Counted from the stretch's first letter, positions 42,587 to 58,962 are shown. The stretch: DNA of 64,000 bases from Octopus vulgaris (GCA_951406725.2 OX597831.1:26970001-27034000), one strand, 5' to 3'. A program made the numbers and translations. The notes: generated by a model from the sequence alone, not told the origin.

Positions 42587-43280
42587 CCTGCTCGCATAGT
42601 CAGCAGGGTGGCGTCATTTGAAAGCTAAAACAATGCGAAGCGCATTGTGGTCAGCGATGTGTAGCAACATCTGATAGCCTGGTCGGTCACGGAGATCACG
42701 GTGATATATATATATACACACACACAGATAGACAGACAGACATCTATATACATATATGTGTGTATATATATATATTAAAAAGATCTATTATAATACTATT
42801 CAACATGTACAAAACCACCCATACTTCCAACATACCTCCATCATCAGCTGCCCCACGGATTTTATTATGGTTTCGACACCCGGGCAGTACCATTCAATCC
42901 ATCGGTGTCAACACTAATAAAATAAGTGTTGTTTGGGAACAAACATACCAAAGAAACCACAACTTTCAAACACATTTGCCCTATGTACGACAGTATCGGT
43001 AAATAAATTCAATAAGTAAATCTATAACCAACTCCTAAATACGTAACTAAACAGCGACCGATACTTTAAGTCACACAAAAAACATCTCATACAATCTTCC
43101 ATAGTATAATATAAAGCTTAATAACCATATTCATTCAATCTAAATATAGGCAGGATTAAACCCTAACTTCAAATTTAAGCTGCAACGAAGAAATACATAA
43201 ATCTATGTACATCCGTTTCGGTATTTATAGTAAACCTGCAATAATTAAATTATATACTAAATAGCGACCAATCTTTAAGT

Positions 43281-43731
<451 letters not shown>

Positions 43732-43811
43732 TATATATATATATATATACACACACACAGTTACATATATATGCATATATGCATGAATACCATACATACC
43801 ATAGATATTTA

Positions 43812-43932
43812 TACGGGTATCGACTGAAACGTTTATAGGTTGATCAAGATACTCCCATGGAATGTGAACAAATGAGATTTATTTTTCAACATAGGTATTC
43901 TTTCTTGCGGTCGACACACGTCCTTCCATCAT
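43812..43932 (-). mobile_element. mariner-like terminal fragment
   Basis: TACG.. terminus followed by tttatttttcaacata..gcggtcgacacac..cttccatc, a typical mariner 3' end read in antisense. Confidence 0.45.
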
Positions 43933-43940
43933 TGTAGTAT

Positions 43941-43971
<31 letters not shown>

Positions 43972-44300
43972 TATACAAACACATATATGCATGTATGTAT
44001 GTATATATGTTTGTACGTGTGTGTGAGTGAGTGTATGTGTGTACAAATACATGACGTATAACCGGTTTTTGAACCGAAGAAAAGATAAACGACATACATA
44101 CATACATAAATAACAAATCTGCTAACAAGGCTTGGTTGATCCTGCTACAGTAAAAGCCACACAACGAAATTGAACCCGTAACCTTGTGATTGGGAAACAA
44201 ACTTCTTATCACACAGCCAAACCTAAGGGAACACACAGTGTGCCGACCTGCAAGAAAGAAGAACTAAAATCCTCTGTTAAACCACCAATAACACTGATAC

Positions 44301-44335
<35 letters not shown>

Positions 44336-44493
44336 CAAAGATGTAGTTGTGTGATAAGAAGCTTGCTTCCCAATCAAAAGGTTCCGTGTTCTCTCCCACT
44401 AAGCGGTACCTTGGGCAGTTGTCTTCAGAAATAGTATCGGGTTGATTAACACCTTGTGATCAGATTTGGCAGACAGAAACTGGAAAACGCCTA

Positions 44494-44545
<52 letters not shown>

Positions 44546-44609
44546 ACGCGTGCGGGGGAGGCCCCAACATTGCCACAGTGCATGAGCTGAAACCAGTTCA
44601 ATTCAGTTC

Positions 44610-44671
<62 letters not shown>

Positions 44672-45075
44672 GTGTGTGTGTGTTCTTTGTGTTTGTGTCT
44701 GTCCCCTTCCACTACTTGACAACTGGTGCTGGTGTGTTTATATCCGCCTAACTTAGCGGTTCGGCAAAGAAACCGATAGAATAAGTACTAGGCTTTTTAA
44801 AAAATAAGCCATTGGGTCGATTTGTTCGATATTTTGGAATTGATGGGAGCAACTGTCTTCGAAGACACACAAAGTTGTCGTTGAATGCCCGAAATGAAGA
44901 GTATATAGACAGTCGACAACTGATGAAAGGTCGTTTTCCATGTTACTTGCCCTGTTTTCCTTTTTTTTTTCTCTCGTTGTTTCCGTATTTAACACGTTTG
45001 TTTTCGTACTTCAAGTTGTTTACACAGTTAGTGACATCCTGTACTCATATATGTATGTATGTATATACGTATATA

Positions 45076-45131
<56 letters not shown>

Positions 45132-45464
45132 TATATACGTTTAAATATTTGTTGTGCAAGATTTTTTATGTGAAGTAACAGATATTGTTATATTTCGGAA
45201 TGGTCATATTGCCAGTTTAGCCAATAAAAACACACGCCGAACAGGAACACGGGGGATCAATCAATAACATAGAAATTAAAATATTGTCCACACATAGAAC
45301 AGATGCAACAATTAGACAAATTACAGAAGCTACACACATTATAGAAAATAAACCTAGCCTGAGTAGAAAACTAGAATGGAGCACTAAAACACACCACAAC
45401 ATATGACGATAGAGGATCCTGAAAACATAATAAATACACAGATAAATAAACTAATAGAAATAAA

Positions 45465-45521
<57 letters not shown>

Positions 45522-46003
45522 TTTTTTCGATTCGATTTAATATTATTATTACTAGTATTGTTGTTAAACATACATACGTACAAGCATATGTAATGATAAT
45601 AATAAGTGGATGTAAACACATGAACAAAATAAGAATAAACAAAAACAACAAAAACAAAATACAAATTACATGAACATATATAAACAGAAGATACAAATAT
45701 TACAGGCATCCCCCCACATACACACACTAAATAAACATAGATGCACATAGAGATATAAGCATGCGCAAATGAAGACATACAATAGAAATACAAAATGGCT
45801 GACGGTTAGTAAGGAGAGACACAAATAAGAAAGAAGAAAACAAAGGACCACTGATGCGGTCACAGGAGTGTGACGAAAGAACTCTGGCCGTAATAAGATT
45901 AAGATTTATGTAAAAAATAAATAACACTGAAGCAAAATAACACCAAATATATAGTGCGTGTGTTTTTATTGGCTAAAGTGGCAATATGACCATTCCGAAA
46001 TAT

Positions 46004-46066
<63 letters not shown>

Positions 46067-46212
46067 AACATATATATATAAGGATGAGGGATGACATATA
46101 TATACATATATGTATGTAATATAATTTTTCTGAATCTTCAGATTTTTCTATGTGCTAGGCCGCTGGTTTTAAATTGATATTTATCAAATCAATATTAAAT
46201 GTTTCACCCTTA

Positions 46213-46307
<95 letters not shown>

Positions 46308-47091
46308 CATATATACATATATATGTATATACATATATACTTACATATATATACATATATTATTTATATTATATTATATATATAAATTAGAAAAAACTAC
46401 CTTTTATCAATTCAAAATGAACAATTAAATTACACCATCTAGAAAATTACATATAATAGAAATATAACAATTAAAATAATAATATACCAATGATTAAGTA
46501 AATTGCAAAATAATAATAAAAACGTATATATTTGGTATATATATATACGTGTGTGAGTTTGGTATATTATATTTGGTATATATATACGCGTGCATATGTG
46601 CATGTCTTTATATGTTCACATATATGTATATGTATGTGTGTATGTATAGCGTCTGTGTAAACAGACACCGCCACACGCATACGCACACACACACACACAC
46701 ACACACACGTATATGTATACAATTGCATTTATTATTGAAAATACACCCACGCTGTAATTATAAATTGACAGAAGGACAGTTAATATCTCTGGTCCATCCC
46801 AGATCATCAAGGCTCCATGACCTTCGCGTCGACAACATTGCACCATTTGTCGACAAAATTACGCCGCGATGTTGTATTTAGAACGTGAAAGAAATACACA
46901 ACAGATTTTTATTATAACTTTTTCAAGTTGAAGGATTGTCTTGTTTACAATAGGTAACCATTCCCTTAAAACACAATAGTCACATACACACACACAAACA
47001 CACACACACATATATACATATACATACATACACATATAAATATGAATGTAAATGTGTGTGTGTATGTATACACACACACTCACACACGGAT

Positions 47092-47144
<53 letters not shown>

Positions 47145-47849
47145 AAAATATATTAATATATATATATATATATATATACGAGTTCGTGTGTGTGTAGATG
47201 CACACACCTTTATACATACTCACAAACATAAATACATCTAGAGCGGAACTTAGAACTGTTGACATCTTAGAAAGTGTGTGTCACACACACACCCTCTCTC
47301 TCTTTCTCACACACACACACCCTCTCTCTCTTTCTCACACACACAAACACACACTAACACATACGACCACATACATACACACCCACCCCCTCTCTCTCTC
47401 TCTCTCTCTTTCACACACACACACACACACACACATCAGTCATGTCATGTCAAAGAAATCATAACAACAATACGCGGTGGTCACCTGATGGACCGACCCC
47501 CAGAAACTGTAAATGTGAGCCGACGAAGAAAGCCTTTATGACTCAGCGCTCCCTTTCACCAAATGACGGTTTACAAGAATCCTTAACTTACCGTGTTTTG
47601 AAGTAAAAGAACATGTTTATTTAACTGAAATACAAAACTAATTTTCTTCTATGATTTATTAATCCACACTTTCTTATACTATCCTACGCATGATGTACCC
47701 CCGTTTTACATATCTGCATTGACTAATACCCCCTGGGTATTACTAAAAAGGACGAATGCCTTATAAGGAAATTGAATTGGGGGAGCTTGGTACATCGTGA
47801 GCCAGGTTTCGGCTACATAAATTGAAATCCCGTCATACATACATAGAAT

Positions 47850-48430
47850 CTGAGTTAAATATATTTTTCTAAAAAAAGCACATGGCCCCTCAATATTTCT
47901 AGCACCACCGTCACCACACAAAGCACTGTCCCCTACTTATAATGTAATCCCTTCAGACATATAGTACCTGAGTTAAACATATTTTTCTAAAAAAGCACAT
48001 GGCCCCTCAATATTTCTAGCACCACCGCCACCACCCAAAGCAGTCTCCTACTTATAATGTAATCCCTTCAGACATATAGTACCTGAGTTAAATATAGTTT
48101 TCTAAAAAAGCACATGGCCCCTCAATATTTCTAGCACCACCGCCACCACCCAAAGCACTGTCCCCTACTTATAATGTAATCCCTTCAGACATATAGTACC
48201 TGAGTTAAATATAGTTTTCTAAAAAAGCATATGGCCCCTCAATATTTCTAGCACCACCGCCACCACCCAAAGCACTGTCCCCTACTTATAATGTAATCCC
48301 TTCAGACATATAGTACCTGAGTTAAATATATTTTTCTAAAAAAGCACATGACCCCTCAATACATCACTGCCACCTCCCAAAGCACTGACCCCTACTTATA
48401 ATGTAATCCTGTCAGACATATAGTACCTGC
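47850..48430 (+). repeat. ~117-bp minisatellite, about 5 copies
   Basis: Units start at 47850, 47968, 48083, 48200 and 48317 (ctgagttaaa..atatagtac). Confidence 0.92.
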
Positions 48431-50163
48431 TGGAAATATCATGTCTTGAGAAAAATCATGCCAAACGCCACCCACCCAACCTAAATATCCAACACTCCCC
48501 ATAACACCCTCTTAACATTTGCAGCTGCTTTGTGAGCTTACAACCTTCCCATCCTTCCCAAAGGTTGCGGTGGTGGGGACTGTCACTGAAGTTGAACCCT
48601 ACTGCTCTATGTTGTCACGACCTGCTGGAAAGAACAACCAACTCTCCTTTAAATCATACCATATTGAATAAATGTATTACTGGTTACTGATTACACTGTC
48701 TCAGACACACTTGGTGGTCACTGCTGAAATGCCTTTGGTCGGACTTAACTTGGTTCATTAAAACCACCACCACCACAACAACAATAGCACCAACCTGTTT
48801 TGGCTACATATGTAAGTGCTTCCGTACTCCACACTATGTTAATACAGCATGGTATTACTGTATATCTTCACGGCGAACACTGGGCGAAATGCGTAGTCGT
48901 ATTTCGTCTGTCTTTACGTTCTGAGTTCAAATTCCACCAAGGTCGACTTTGCCTTTCATCCTTTCGGGGTCGATAAATTAAGTACCAGTTACGCACTGGG
49001 GTCGATGTAATCGACTTAATACCTATGTCTGTCCTTGTTTGTCCCCTCTGTGTGTAGCCCCTTGTGAGCAGTAAAGAAATAGGTATTTCGTCTGTCTGTC
49101 CGTTGAGTTCGAATTCCGCCGAAGTTGACTTTGCCTTTCATCCTTTCAGGGTCGATAAATTAAGTACTAGTTGCATACTGTGGTCGATCTAATCGACTGT
49201 CCCCCCCTCTCCAAAACTTTCGGGCCTTGTGCCTAGTATAGAAAAGATTATATCATCACGACGAGGCTACACGGTATTGTATCTGCATAACAACGCTATT
49301 TAATACTGTATCTCTCCCTCCTAAAGCCTTCGCTCTCTATGGAGCATAGTTCATTGACGACTTTTCTCCGCTGTTCGCGAATCTAGGCTGTTTTCCCTGA
49401 CCACTTATTCTTCTATTGGGCATATAGGAGTTATATTAGCGGGATTAACTAGATGTTTTATTGTAGGTTGTGAGGGAGCTATATTAATAATAGTTTGTCA
49501 TGGGTTGTGTTCGTCGGCAATATTTTGTGTAGGGAATTTAATTTATGAGAAGCTTAACAGTTGAAGATTGTTTTTATGTGGAGGAATAATTAATTATAAT
49601 CTGTCTTTTCTGCTTTTCCATCTCTGCTACAGTATCCGGGCTCCAATAATTTTTAGGATGTTCCTTCTTTCGTAGACCCCCGTGGGTTCCGGGTCAGAAG
49701 CTGACATGAATTGAAGGATGTTGGTCAGAAAATAAGCCGAAGTCTCATTCTCTGTTGTTTTTTTATTCTTGGCCTGACCAGGAGTCTGTAAACATGTAAA
49801 TTCCAGGAATACGTTTCTCTGTGTGTTTTTGTGTGTGTCTATATATTGTACGGATACATATATACATTTCCGGTCACGGCTGGGAATTATGAAAAGAGCT
49901 TTTATAATGAAATTATGAAAAGGGCTTTTATAATGAAATTAGATTGGAGGAGCATCTTCCCGGTTTCTGCCCATTGATAGCACAATATCCTACATACATT
50001 GGAATCCGGCCATACATGCAGTATCTGGTTTAAATAATTTATTTCTGTAAAATAAGTCACGACCCCTCTATATTTCTAGAACACCCCTTTCCACCAAGGC
50101 ACATATACATACATGCATGTGTGTTTGTGAGAGAGAGAGATGGGTCTCTGTGTTATATATCTA

Positions 50164-50217
<54 letters not shown>

Positions 50218-50219
50218 CA

Positions 50220-50625
50220 GGCGCAGAAGTGGCTGTATGGTGAGTAGCTTGTTTAACCAACCACATGGTTCCGGGTTCAATCCACTGCGTGGCACCTTGG
50301 GCAAGTGTCTTCTACTATAGCTTCGGGCCGACCAAAGCCTTGTGAGTGTAATTAGTAGACGGAAACTGAAAGAAGCCCGTCGTATATATGTATATATATG
50401 TATGCGCGTGTATGTTTGTGTGTCTGTGTTTGTCCCCCTAGCATTGCTTGACAACCGATGCTGGTGTGTTTATGTCCCCGTCACTTAGCGGTTCGGCAAA
50501 AGAAACCGCTAGAATAAGTACTGGGCTTACAAAGAATAAGTCCCGGGGTGTCGAGTTGCTCGATTAAAGGCGGTGCACCAGTATGGCCGCATTCAAAATG
50601 ACTGAAACAAGTAAAAAAAGAAAAG

Positions 50626-50626
<1 letters not shown>
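50220..50626 (+). mobile_element. SINE family A
   Basis: Full copy. Confidence 0.9.
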
Positions 50627-50675
<49 letters not shown>

Positions 50676-50976
50676 GAGAAAAAAGTAGGAGCACTCCGTC
50701 GGTTACGGCGACGAGGGTTCCTGCTGATATAGAACAGCTTGCTCGTGAAATTAACGTGCAAGTGACTGAGTAATCCACAGACACGTGTACTCCTAACACA
50801 GTTCTCAGGGAGATTCAGCGTGACACAGAGTGTGACAAGGCCGGCCCTTTGAAATACATGTGAGTGGACAGGAGCAACGTGAAATAAAGTGTCTTGCTCA
50901 AGGAAAACAACGCTTCGCCACGAATTGAACTCACAACCTTACAATCGCGAGCCGAATACCCTAACCACTAATATGC

Positions 50977-51241
50977 AATTGTCAATAAATGTGACCAGAG
51001 TCTTAAGAAATACTTACATTGCTAGAAATATGAGCTAAGATGCTCCAATGCTGTAGTTGACGAACATGAATGAAAGCATATACACTAACAGGGAGCTGAA
51101 CACCTTTTCGGACGATTCAGGTTCCTGTTATGGAATATGCCTTCATTTATGTTCATCAACTACAGCATTGGAGCATCTTAGATCTCTTATTTCTAGCAAT
51201 GTAAGTGTTTCTTAAGACTCTGGTCACGTTTAGTGACAATT
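50977..51241. repeat. 265-bp foldback (hairpin) element
   Basis: Self-complementary from end to end with few mismatches. Second copy at 59721-59936. Confidence 0.85.
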
Positions 51242-51285
51242 ATAAATTCTCCTTTTTGGTGAACTATTGCAACCTGCTCTTTATA

Positions 51286-51371
<86 letters not shown>

Positions 51372-51535
51372 GAGGGCAGGACAATTATATTTCTACATAT
51401 GTATATGCCCGCTGCATTATGTATAATGCCCCTATATATAAATTAATATGTTCAATAAGAAATAATTATTTTCGAAATATTCTCTTATGACAATTTCTTG
51501 TTAAGTTTTCCTTATTAAGTAGTTGTCCTTAATTG

Positions 51536-51591
<56 letters not shown>

Positions 51592-52277
51592 TGTATATGT
51601 CGCCGAGGTCGACTTTGCCTTTCATCCTTTCGGGGTCGATAAATAAAGTACCAGTTTCGCACTGGGGTCGATGTAATCGACTTAATCCCTTTGTCTGTCT
51701 TTGTTTGTCCCTTCTATGTTTAGCCCCTTGTGGGTAGTAAAGAAAAAAAAATGCCTCTTGTTTATTTTGACTTCTCGTATTGTAATTTAATTCTCGTTTT
51801 GTATTTTCTTGTACATGTATCTTTAATTTTGTATTTTTTTCTTGTTTTTTTGTGCAGTTCTTTGTTACGTCCCTTTTTGTGTTACATTTTTTCTTGCTCG
51901 TTTTACCCCTCTACGAGGTTATTTTATTTTAATTCTCTTGTAGGAAGGCCTAGCACGACCGGACGTGTCCTGTCTTGCCTTCGAAACACGCTATGTCTGC
52001 TATTGACAGCTGATGAAGGGGATTTTTCCTTGTGCAGCATGTCCTGTACTTCGTTTTTCTGCTGTACCTAATTGTTTTTCCCGTTTTCGTTTTCGTCTTG
52101 TTCCACGTCTCTGTCCTTCTGTTGTAACAAAATGGCTTTTCCGTTTTCGTTTCTGTTGATTTTTAGGTCTTCTTGTGGTGTCATGTACGTATATATATTT
52201 ATATATGCATGTATATATACATGTAGATGTCGGTACGTACATATATGTTTGTATGTATGCATATATTTTATTTATTA

Positions 52278-52325
<48 letters not shown>

Positions 52326-52462
52326 GGCCGAAAACTAGTCACATGCTTGAAACTCAGAGTAGTAAGGGGCCTGAATCAAACTATTTTGATCGATACATGT
52401 TACTCCCAATAAATGTGTTGAGTGCTCTTCTATTCTCTCGTAAATGTGTGTGTCTGTGTGTA

Positions 52463-53002
<540 letters not shown>

Positions 53003-53359
53003 CTTCGGAACGCGTAGTTGATGAAACAGGGGCAACTGATGAAGGGGAATATGTTTTATGTTGCATGGCTCGTTTCTCTGTACATTTTTCGTTGTTCGAA
53101 AAAAAGATCGTTTTCTATGTTTTTGTTTTTATGTTTTCGTTTTTCATTGCGTTCAACATTTTTGTTTAATGTCCTGTACCCATATATGCATGTATATATA
53201 CATATATATGTAGGTAGGTACATATATGTATGTATATGTGCATATATTTATATATTATTTATATTATATATATATATATATATATATACATATATACATA
53301 TATATATGTATGTATGTATGTATATGTGTGTGCGTATGTATCTATGTATGTACGTATGT

Positions 53360-54620
53360 AGGGTTCACCAGATATTTGTGAACAGACTTTAGTAGGCCTT
53401 AACTGGAAGAAGTAGTTAGACGACACTCTCCCCAAATTAGTCGTTTCTCTCTCAAACACATCGATAACTTTAACAACATAGCAAATTCCAGTTTGATAGA
53501 GCAAATCAACAAAAACATACGCAGAGCTGCTCGTGGCCGAAGCTGGCAACCGCAGAGATTCACAGATCGCCAACTTATTCGGATGAGCTCATTCATGTTG
53601 AGGGCCGTGAAAGAAGTGGGGGCCACTACCGGAGATGAGTCATTTGCGGCCAAGACAAAGAAAGATTCTTTGTAGTCAGATGTCATCAGAACGGCCATAT
53701 TTGGGCAGCAAAACCGGATGTCATCAATGACATCCACAGAAAGTCGTTGAAGGCCTTTAGTGAGCAGTTCAAGATGGCGAAGAGGACATCAGATACACGT
53801 CTAACGGGGAAAGACGAAAGAGTGAGAAAGATATATATTACTCTTTACTCTTTTACTTGTTTCAGTCATTTGACTGCGGCCATGCTGGAGCACCGCCTTT
53901 AGTCGAACAAATCGACCCCGGGACTTATTCTTTGTAAACCCAGTACTTATTCTATCGGTCTCTTTTGCCGAACCGCTAAGTGACGGGGAGTAAACACACC
54001 AGCATCGGTTGTCAAGCAATGCTAGAGGGGCAAACACAGACACACGAACATATACACACACACTTATATATATATACATATATACGACAGGCTTCTTTCA
54101 GTTTCCGTCTACCAAATCCACTCACAAGGCATTGGTCGGCCCGGGGCTATAGCAGAAGACACTTGCCCAAGATGCCACGCAGTGGGACTGAACCCGGAAC
54201 CATGTGGTTGGTTAGCAAGCTACTTACCACACAGCCACTGCTGCGCCTATGTATATATTTATTTATTTATATAAAGACAGACAGACAGAAAGGCAGGCAG
54301 ACAAGCAGGTAGGCAAACAGAGAGAAAGAGAGAGAAGTGAAAGAAAGAAACAAACAAAAGACTCCATGTGAGGCAAGAGCTGCAAGAATCGTGTGAACAC
54401 ATTATCCCCGCATCCTTGCCCACCCCCGCTCGACGTCATAGGATCTCCTGGGTCTCCTGAGTTAAACCCGTTGGGCTGCTGCATCTGTGGCCTCATCACA
54501 AGGAAACCATCATGGGAGTTAAAGGCAGCATAAACGAGACGCAGCTGAACTTCATCTCACAATAGTCGATCCAGTGGCCACATTAGGACCAACGTTGGTG
54601 TTGAGGGCCGTTTTCTTAAA
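53360..54620 (+). pseudogene. maT/DD37D-like transposase relic split by a SINE
   Basis: SSFMLRAVKEVGATTGDESFAAKTKK..SDVIRT..DVINDIHRKSLKA..EDIRYTS (53500-53805) and SPELNPLGCCICG (~54455-54492, SPDLNPLD-like). Confidence 0.55.
53840..54248 (-). mobile_element. SINE family A
   Basis: Reverse-complement full copy. Confidence 0.9.
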
Positions 54621-55550
54621 TGCCTTCTCCTCCACCACCAGCCCCACACCACACCGTCTTAGATTTACGGGAACGTGGGCGATGTTTTCGTTGAAATGTG
54701 TTGTTTTTGTTATTGTTTTTGATGTTGATCGTGATGCTTTTGTCATTGTTGTTCGTGTTGTTGTTTTTGATTTTGTATAGTGCTTCTTTATCTTTGTATG
54801 TTGTTGTGGTCTAGTTTTACTGACGCACCCTACATGTGTGTGTGTGCGTATGAGTGTGTATGCATATGTGTGTGTGTGTGTGTGTGTGCGTTTGTATGGG
54901 TACATATACACAAGACATACATTTACAGTAATACGTAAACACGTTCATATATGTGTGTGTGTGAGTCTATATGCGTTTGACTCTGTGTGTGCGTGTATGC
55001 GCGCGTGTGTGTGTGTGTACGTATACAATGACACACTAACCCACTGACTAATCAAAAAATATACGCTCAAATATATATCTATTGGAGACAGCCAAACAAA
55101 AAAAAAGCCCCCATACACCCCACCGCATGCGCATATATACACTTGTATATACAGACACACACAGACACACAAACACTAATACAAGTACACATACACAATG
55201 GGTGTGGTGAGCCATGATTTAGAAGTTTCACATTTGAAACTCAACAATAACAATATTGCCTTAAGTGATACACACACGCCTTCACACAATCGCACACACG
55301 CTCACACACACGTATGTGTGTAGGTGTACTCTTTTGTTCTGTTACTTGTTTTAGTCATTTGACTGCGGCCATGCTGCAGCACCGCCTTTTGGTCGAAGAA
55401 ATCGACCCCAGGGCTTATTATTCTTTGTAAGCCTAGTACTTATGCCATCGGACACTTTTGCCTAACCGCCAACATCGATTGTCAACCGATTGTGGAGAAA
55501 CAAACACAGACCCACACACAAATACATAAATACATACATAATTATATTGC

Positions 55551-55627
<77 letters not shown>

Positions 55628-56011
55628 AATTTTTATTTAATTTGCTTTGCGGGAAGGACTGTTTCAACGAAGTCGCGTCTTGTCCTTGCCTTCGTAACGT
55701 GGAGTAGTTGAAACAGGGACAACTGAAGAAGGGGAATATTCTTTATGTTGTATGTCTCGTTTCTCTGTTTGTTTTTTCGTTGTTCGAAAAAAATGTTCGT
55801 TTCTATGTTTTTGTTTTTATGTTTTCGTTTCGCATTGTGTTCAAGAATTTTTGATGTCCTGTACCCATATATGCATGTATTTATACATATATATATATGT
55901 AGACATGTACATATATGTATGTATATATGCATATATTTATATTATATATATTTATATATATATAGATTTTTTTCCTCTGTCTTCCCTTCTCTGGATCTTT
56001 CCTTCTCCTAT

Positions 56012-56046
56012 GTTTCCGACGAAGAGCTCCGCTCGAAACATTAAAC
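56012..56046 (+). ncRNA. Minimal hammerhead-like motif, family Y2
   Basis: GTTT-CCGACGA-A-GAGC(TCC)GCTC-GAAA-CA-TT-AAAC in element ~55965-56136. A copy lacking this motif is at 33048-33185. Confidence 0.55.
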
Positions 56047-56673
56047 CCTCCTTCTTTCCTGAGCGTCCAATAATACTATATTTGTTCCACGTCCTCGCGT
56101 TGTTGTGTTTTTTGTACTTTCTTATTTGGATTAACTATATATATATATATATATATATCCCTGCGCTCGCCAGTACCTCTTCCGTCCCTGCCAGAACAAA
56201 GGCCTTTCGTTCGTTTTTTTCGTTTGTTCTCTTGTTTATTTTGATTTCTCGTATTGTAATTTATTTCTCGTTTTGTATTTTCTTGTACATGTATTGACCA
56301 GTCGTGTCCTGTCTTGCCTTCGAAACACGCTATGTCTGCTAGTGACAGCTGATGAAGGGGATTTTTCCTTGTGTAGCATGTCCTGTACCTCGTTTTTCTG
56401 TTGTAAATAATGTTTTTCCCGTTTTCGTTCTCGTCCTGTTCCACGTCTCTGTCCTTCTGTTATAACAAAATGGCTTTTCCGTTTTCGTTTCTGTTGAGTT
56501 TTACGTCTTTTTGTGGTGTCCTGTACGTATATATATTTATATATGCGTGTATATATACATGTAGATGTCGGTACGTACATATATGTTTGTATGTATGCAT
56601 ATATTTTATTTATTACACTATATATATATATATATATATTCACTATATATATATATATATATACATACATACA

Positions 56674-56707
<34 letters not shown>

Positions 56708-56751
56708 AATACATACATATATGAATACATACATACATACATACACACACA

Positions 56752-56785
<34 letters not shown>

Positions 56786-56871
56786 AATACATACATATAT
56801 GAATACATACATACATACATACATACATACATACATACATACATACATACATACATACATACATACATACA

Positions 56872-56907
<36 letters not shown>

Positions 56908-57126
56908 TATATCGACTGACATCGGTCATCCTGTCAATAGGCTCACACAATCACTCACTCACGTACACACGGACCACACTGGCGCCACCCTGCATATGTA
57001 CACATACGAATCCGTCTATATTTACACGCATACCGACCGTCACACACACAAACACACACATGTACACGCGTGCACATACGCACGCGCACACACATACGCA
57101 CATCGATACTCACAGACCTATACATA

Positions 57127-58622
57127 CAGGGGTTGGACAAAATAATTGGAATAGTAGAAATTTAACTCCAGTATTTCAATGAGCCATTGTATTACGAATA
57201 TCCATCCAAATTTCATGGTGAGTTGGGGTTTTTTGTATGAGCCATTGTATTACGAATATCCATCCAAATTTCATGGTGAGTTGGGTTTTTTTGTATTTTA
57301 GAATAGTTTTATTCATCTAATTTAATGATTATTTTCTATATCTTTTCCAGATCGTAGTATAAGTTAAGCTAAGATGCGTGACCTCACTGAGTTCAAGGGC
57401 AAATTGTTAGAGCTCGAACGGCAGGAGCGTCCGTCACGAGAACAGCTGAACTCCTTGGTTTTTCGAGAGCTACCATATCAAGGACCGTGACTGAATATGA
57501 GAAGCAGGGCAAAGCCTCCTGCAGGACTTCGAAGCTCACAGACAAAAACCAACGAGGGATGAATCGCATTGTGATGAAAAAATCACCGGACAACTGACCC
57601 TAAAGTGACTGCAGAATTAAATCAACATTTGACTAGCCCGATTTCGAGGAAGACTGTTCGCCGTGAGCTCAATAAAGCCGAATATCATGGAAGAACCGCC
57701 ATCAGGAAACCTCTGATTTCTCATCAAAACATTCAGAAAAGGCTGAACTGGTGTAGAGATCACAAGGGCTGGTCGACAGACCAATGGAAGCAAGTTTTAC
57801 TCTTTTCCCTCTGCAGGGCGATTTAATCCACATCATTAACTAGTAATTATATTTTTGTTGTTATTTCCATTCAGAACAGGTTTGAACATTTTAGTGAAAC
57901 GTCTATTATTTTGTCCTTCTTCCAACCTCACTTGTGTCATGTAGTTTGTGGAAAGGAAAAATTAGAAAGAGAGAGATAAGTTATATTAAATTTCTGGGGC
58001 TAAAAACAACATTAACACCGTCCTCTATAGGACCCCCCCACATTTAGTTAGCCCGGAGAAGCTTTTAATCCTGACTGCCTTCTTCCTACAGCGAAGCACG
58101 GAGGTGGGTCTATGTTGGTTTGGATAGCCATTTCTTGGAATTCTCTTGGTCTAATTATTGCCCTGCATGGTAGGATTAACAGCAATGATTATTTGAATAT
58201 TTTCAAAAATCAAGTCCTTCCCATGGTCCAGACATTATTCCCGATGGTGAGTGCAGCTTTCAAGATGATGATGCTCCAATACAGTCCTCTCATGTGGTTA
58301 AGAATTAGTATGAAGAGCATAGTAGTGACCAACAACACATGGAGCGGCTCCTCCCCTTCAGTCTCCAGATCTTAATACTATTGAGCATCTGTGATGCATC
58401 TTGGAGCGTTAAGTTAGAAGTCGTTACTCTCCACCGTCGTGTCTGCAACAGCTCGAGCAGGTTTTGTAAGAAGAATGGCTCAAGATTCCTCTCAATGAAG
58501 TCAAGAAGCTGTATGAATCAATTTCTAGACGCTGTTCAGAAAGCTAAAGGAGGACCAACTCCATATTAAATAAAATATTCACTGAATTTAAAACGTGTTC
58601 CAATTATTTGGTCCAACCCCTA
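57127..58622 (+). mobile_element. Tc1-type DNA transposon, full-length but defective
   Basis: TIRs CAGGGGTTGGACAAAATAATTGGAA / TTCCAATTATTTGGTCCAACCCC with TA flanks. Broken transposase from ATG 57374 to 58569 includes TVRRELNK, RKPLIS, KHGGGSMLVW, QDDDAP, SPDLNTIEHL and KAKGGPTPY. Confidence 0.92.
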
Positions 58623-58826
58623 TATGCACGTATATCGACCACTGCACACAAACTCACACGGGTACACCCGTGCGCATGCGCGCTCACACATACGAACACA
58701 CATACACATCCATATACACACAAACACACACACACATACTTACACCCACACGTGTATATACGCAAATGCAGACACAAACGTATATATATGTACGTACATA
58801 CGCACATACATACACACATACACTTA

Positions 58827-58880
58827 CAGCATCGGTTGTCAAGCGATGTTGGGGGGACAAACACAGACACGCAAACACGC

Positions 58881-58962
<82 letters not shown>

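Noticed and set aside
47850-48430. Regular repeat considered as a CRISPR array
   Set aside because: Units are contiguous and nearly identical, with no unique spacers and no cas genes, in a eukaryotic context.
57178-57297. 59-bp tandem duplication in the Tc1 5' region
   Set aside because: An ordinary slippage duplication in a dead element.
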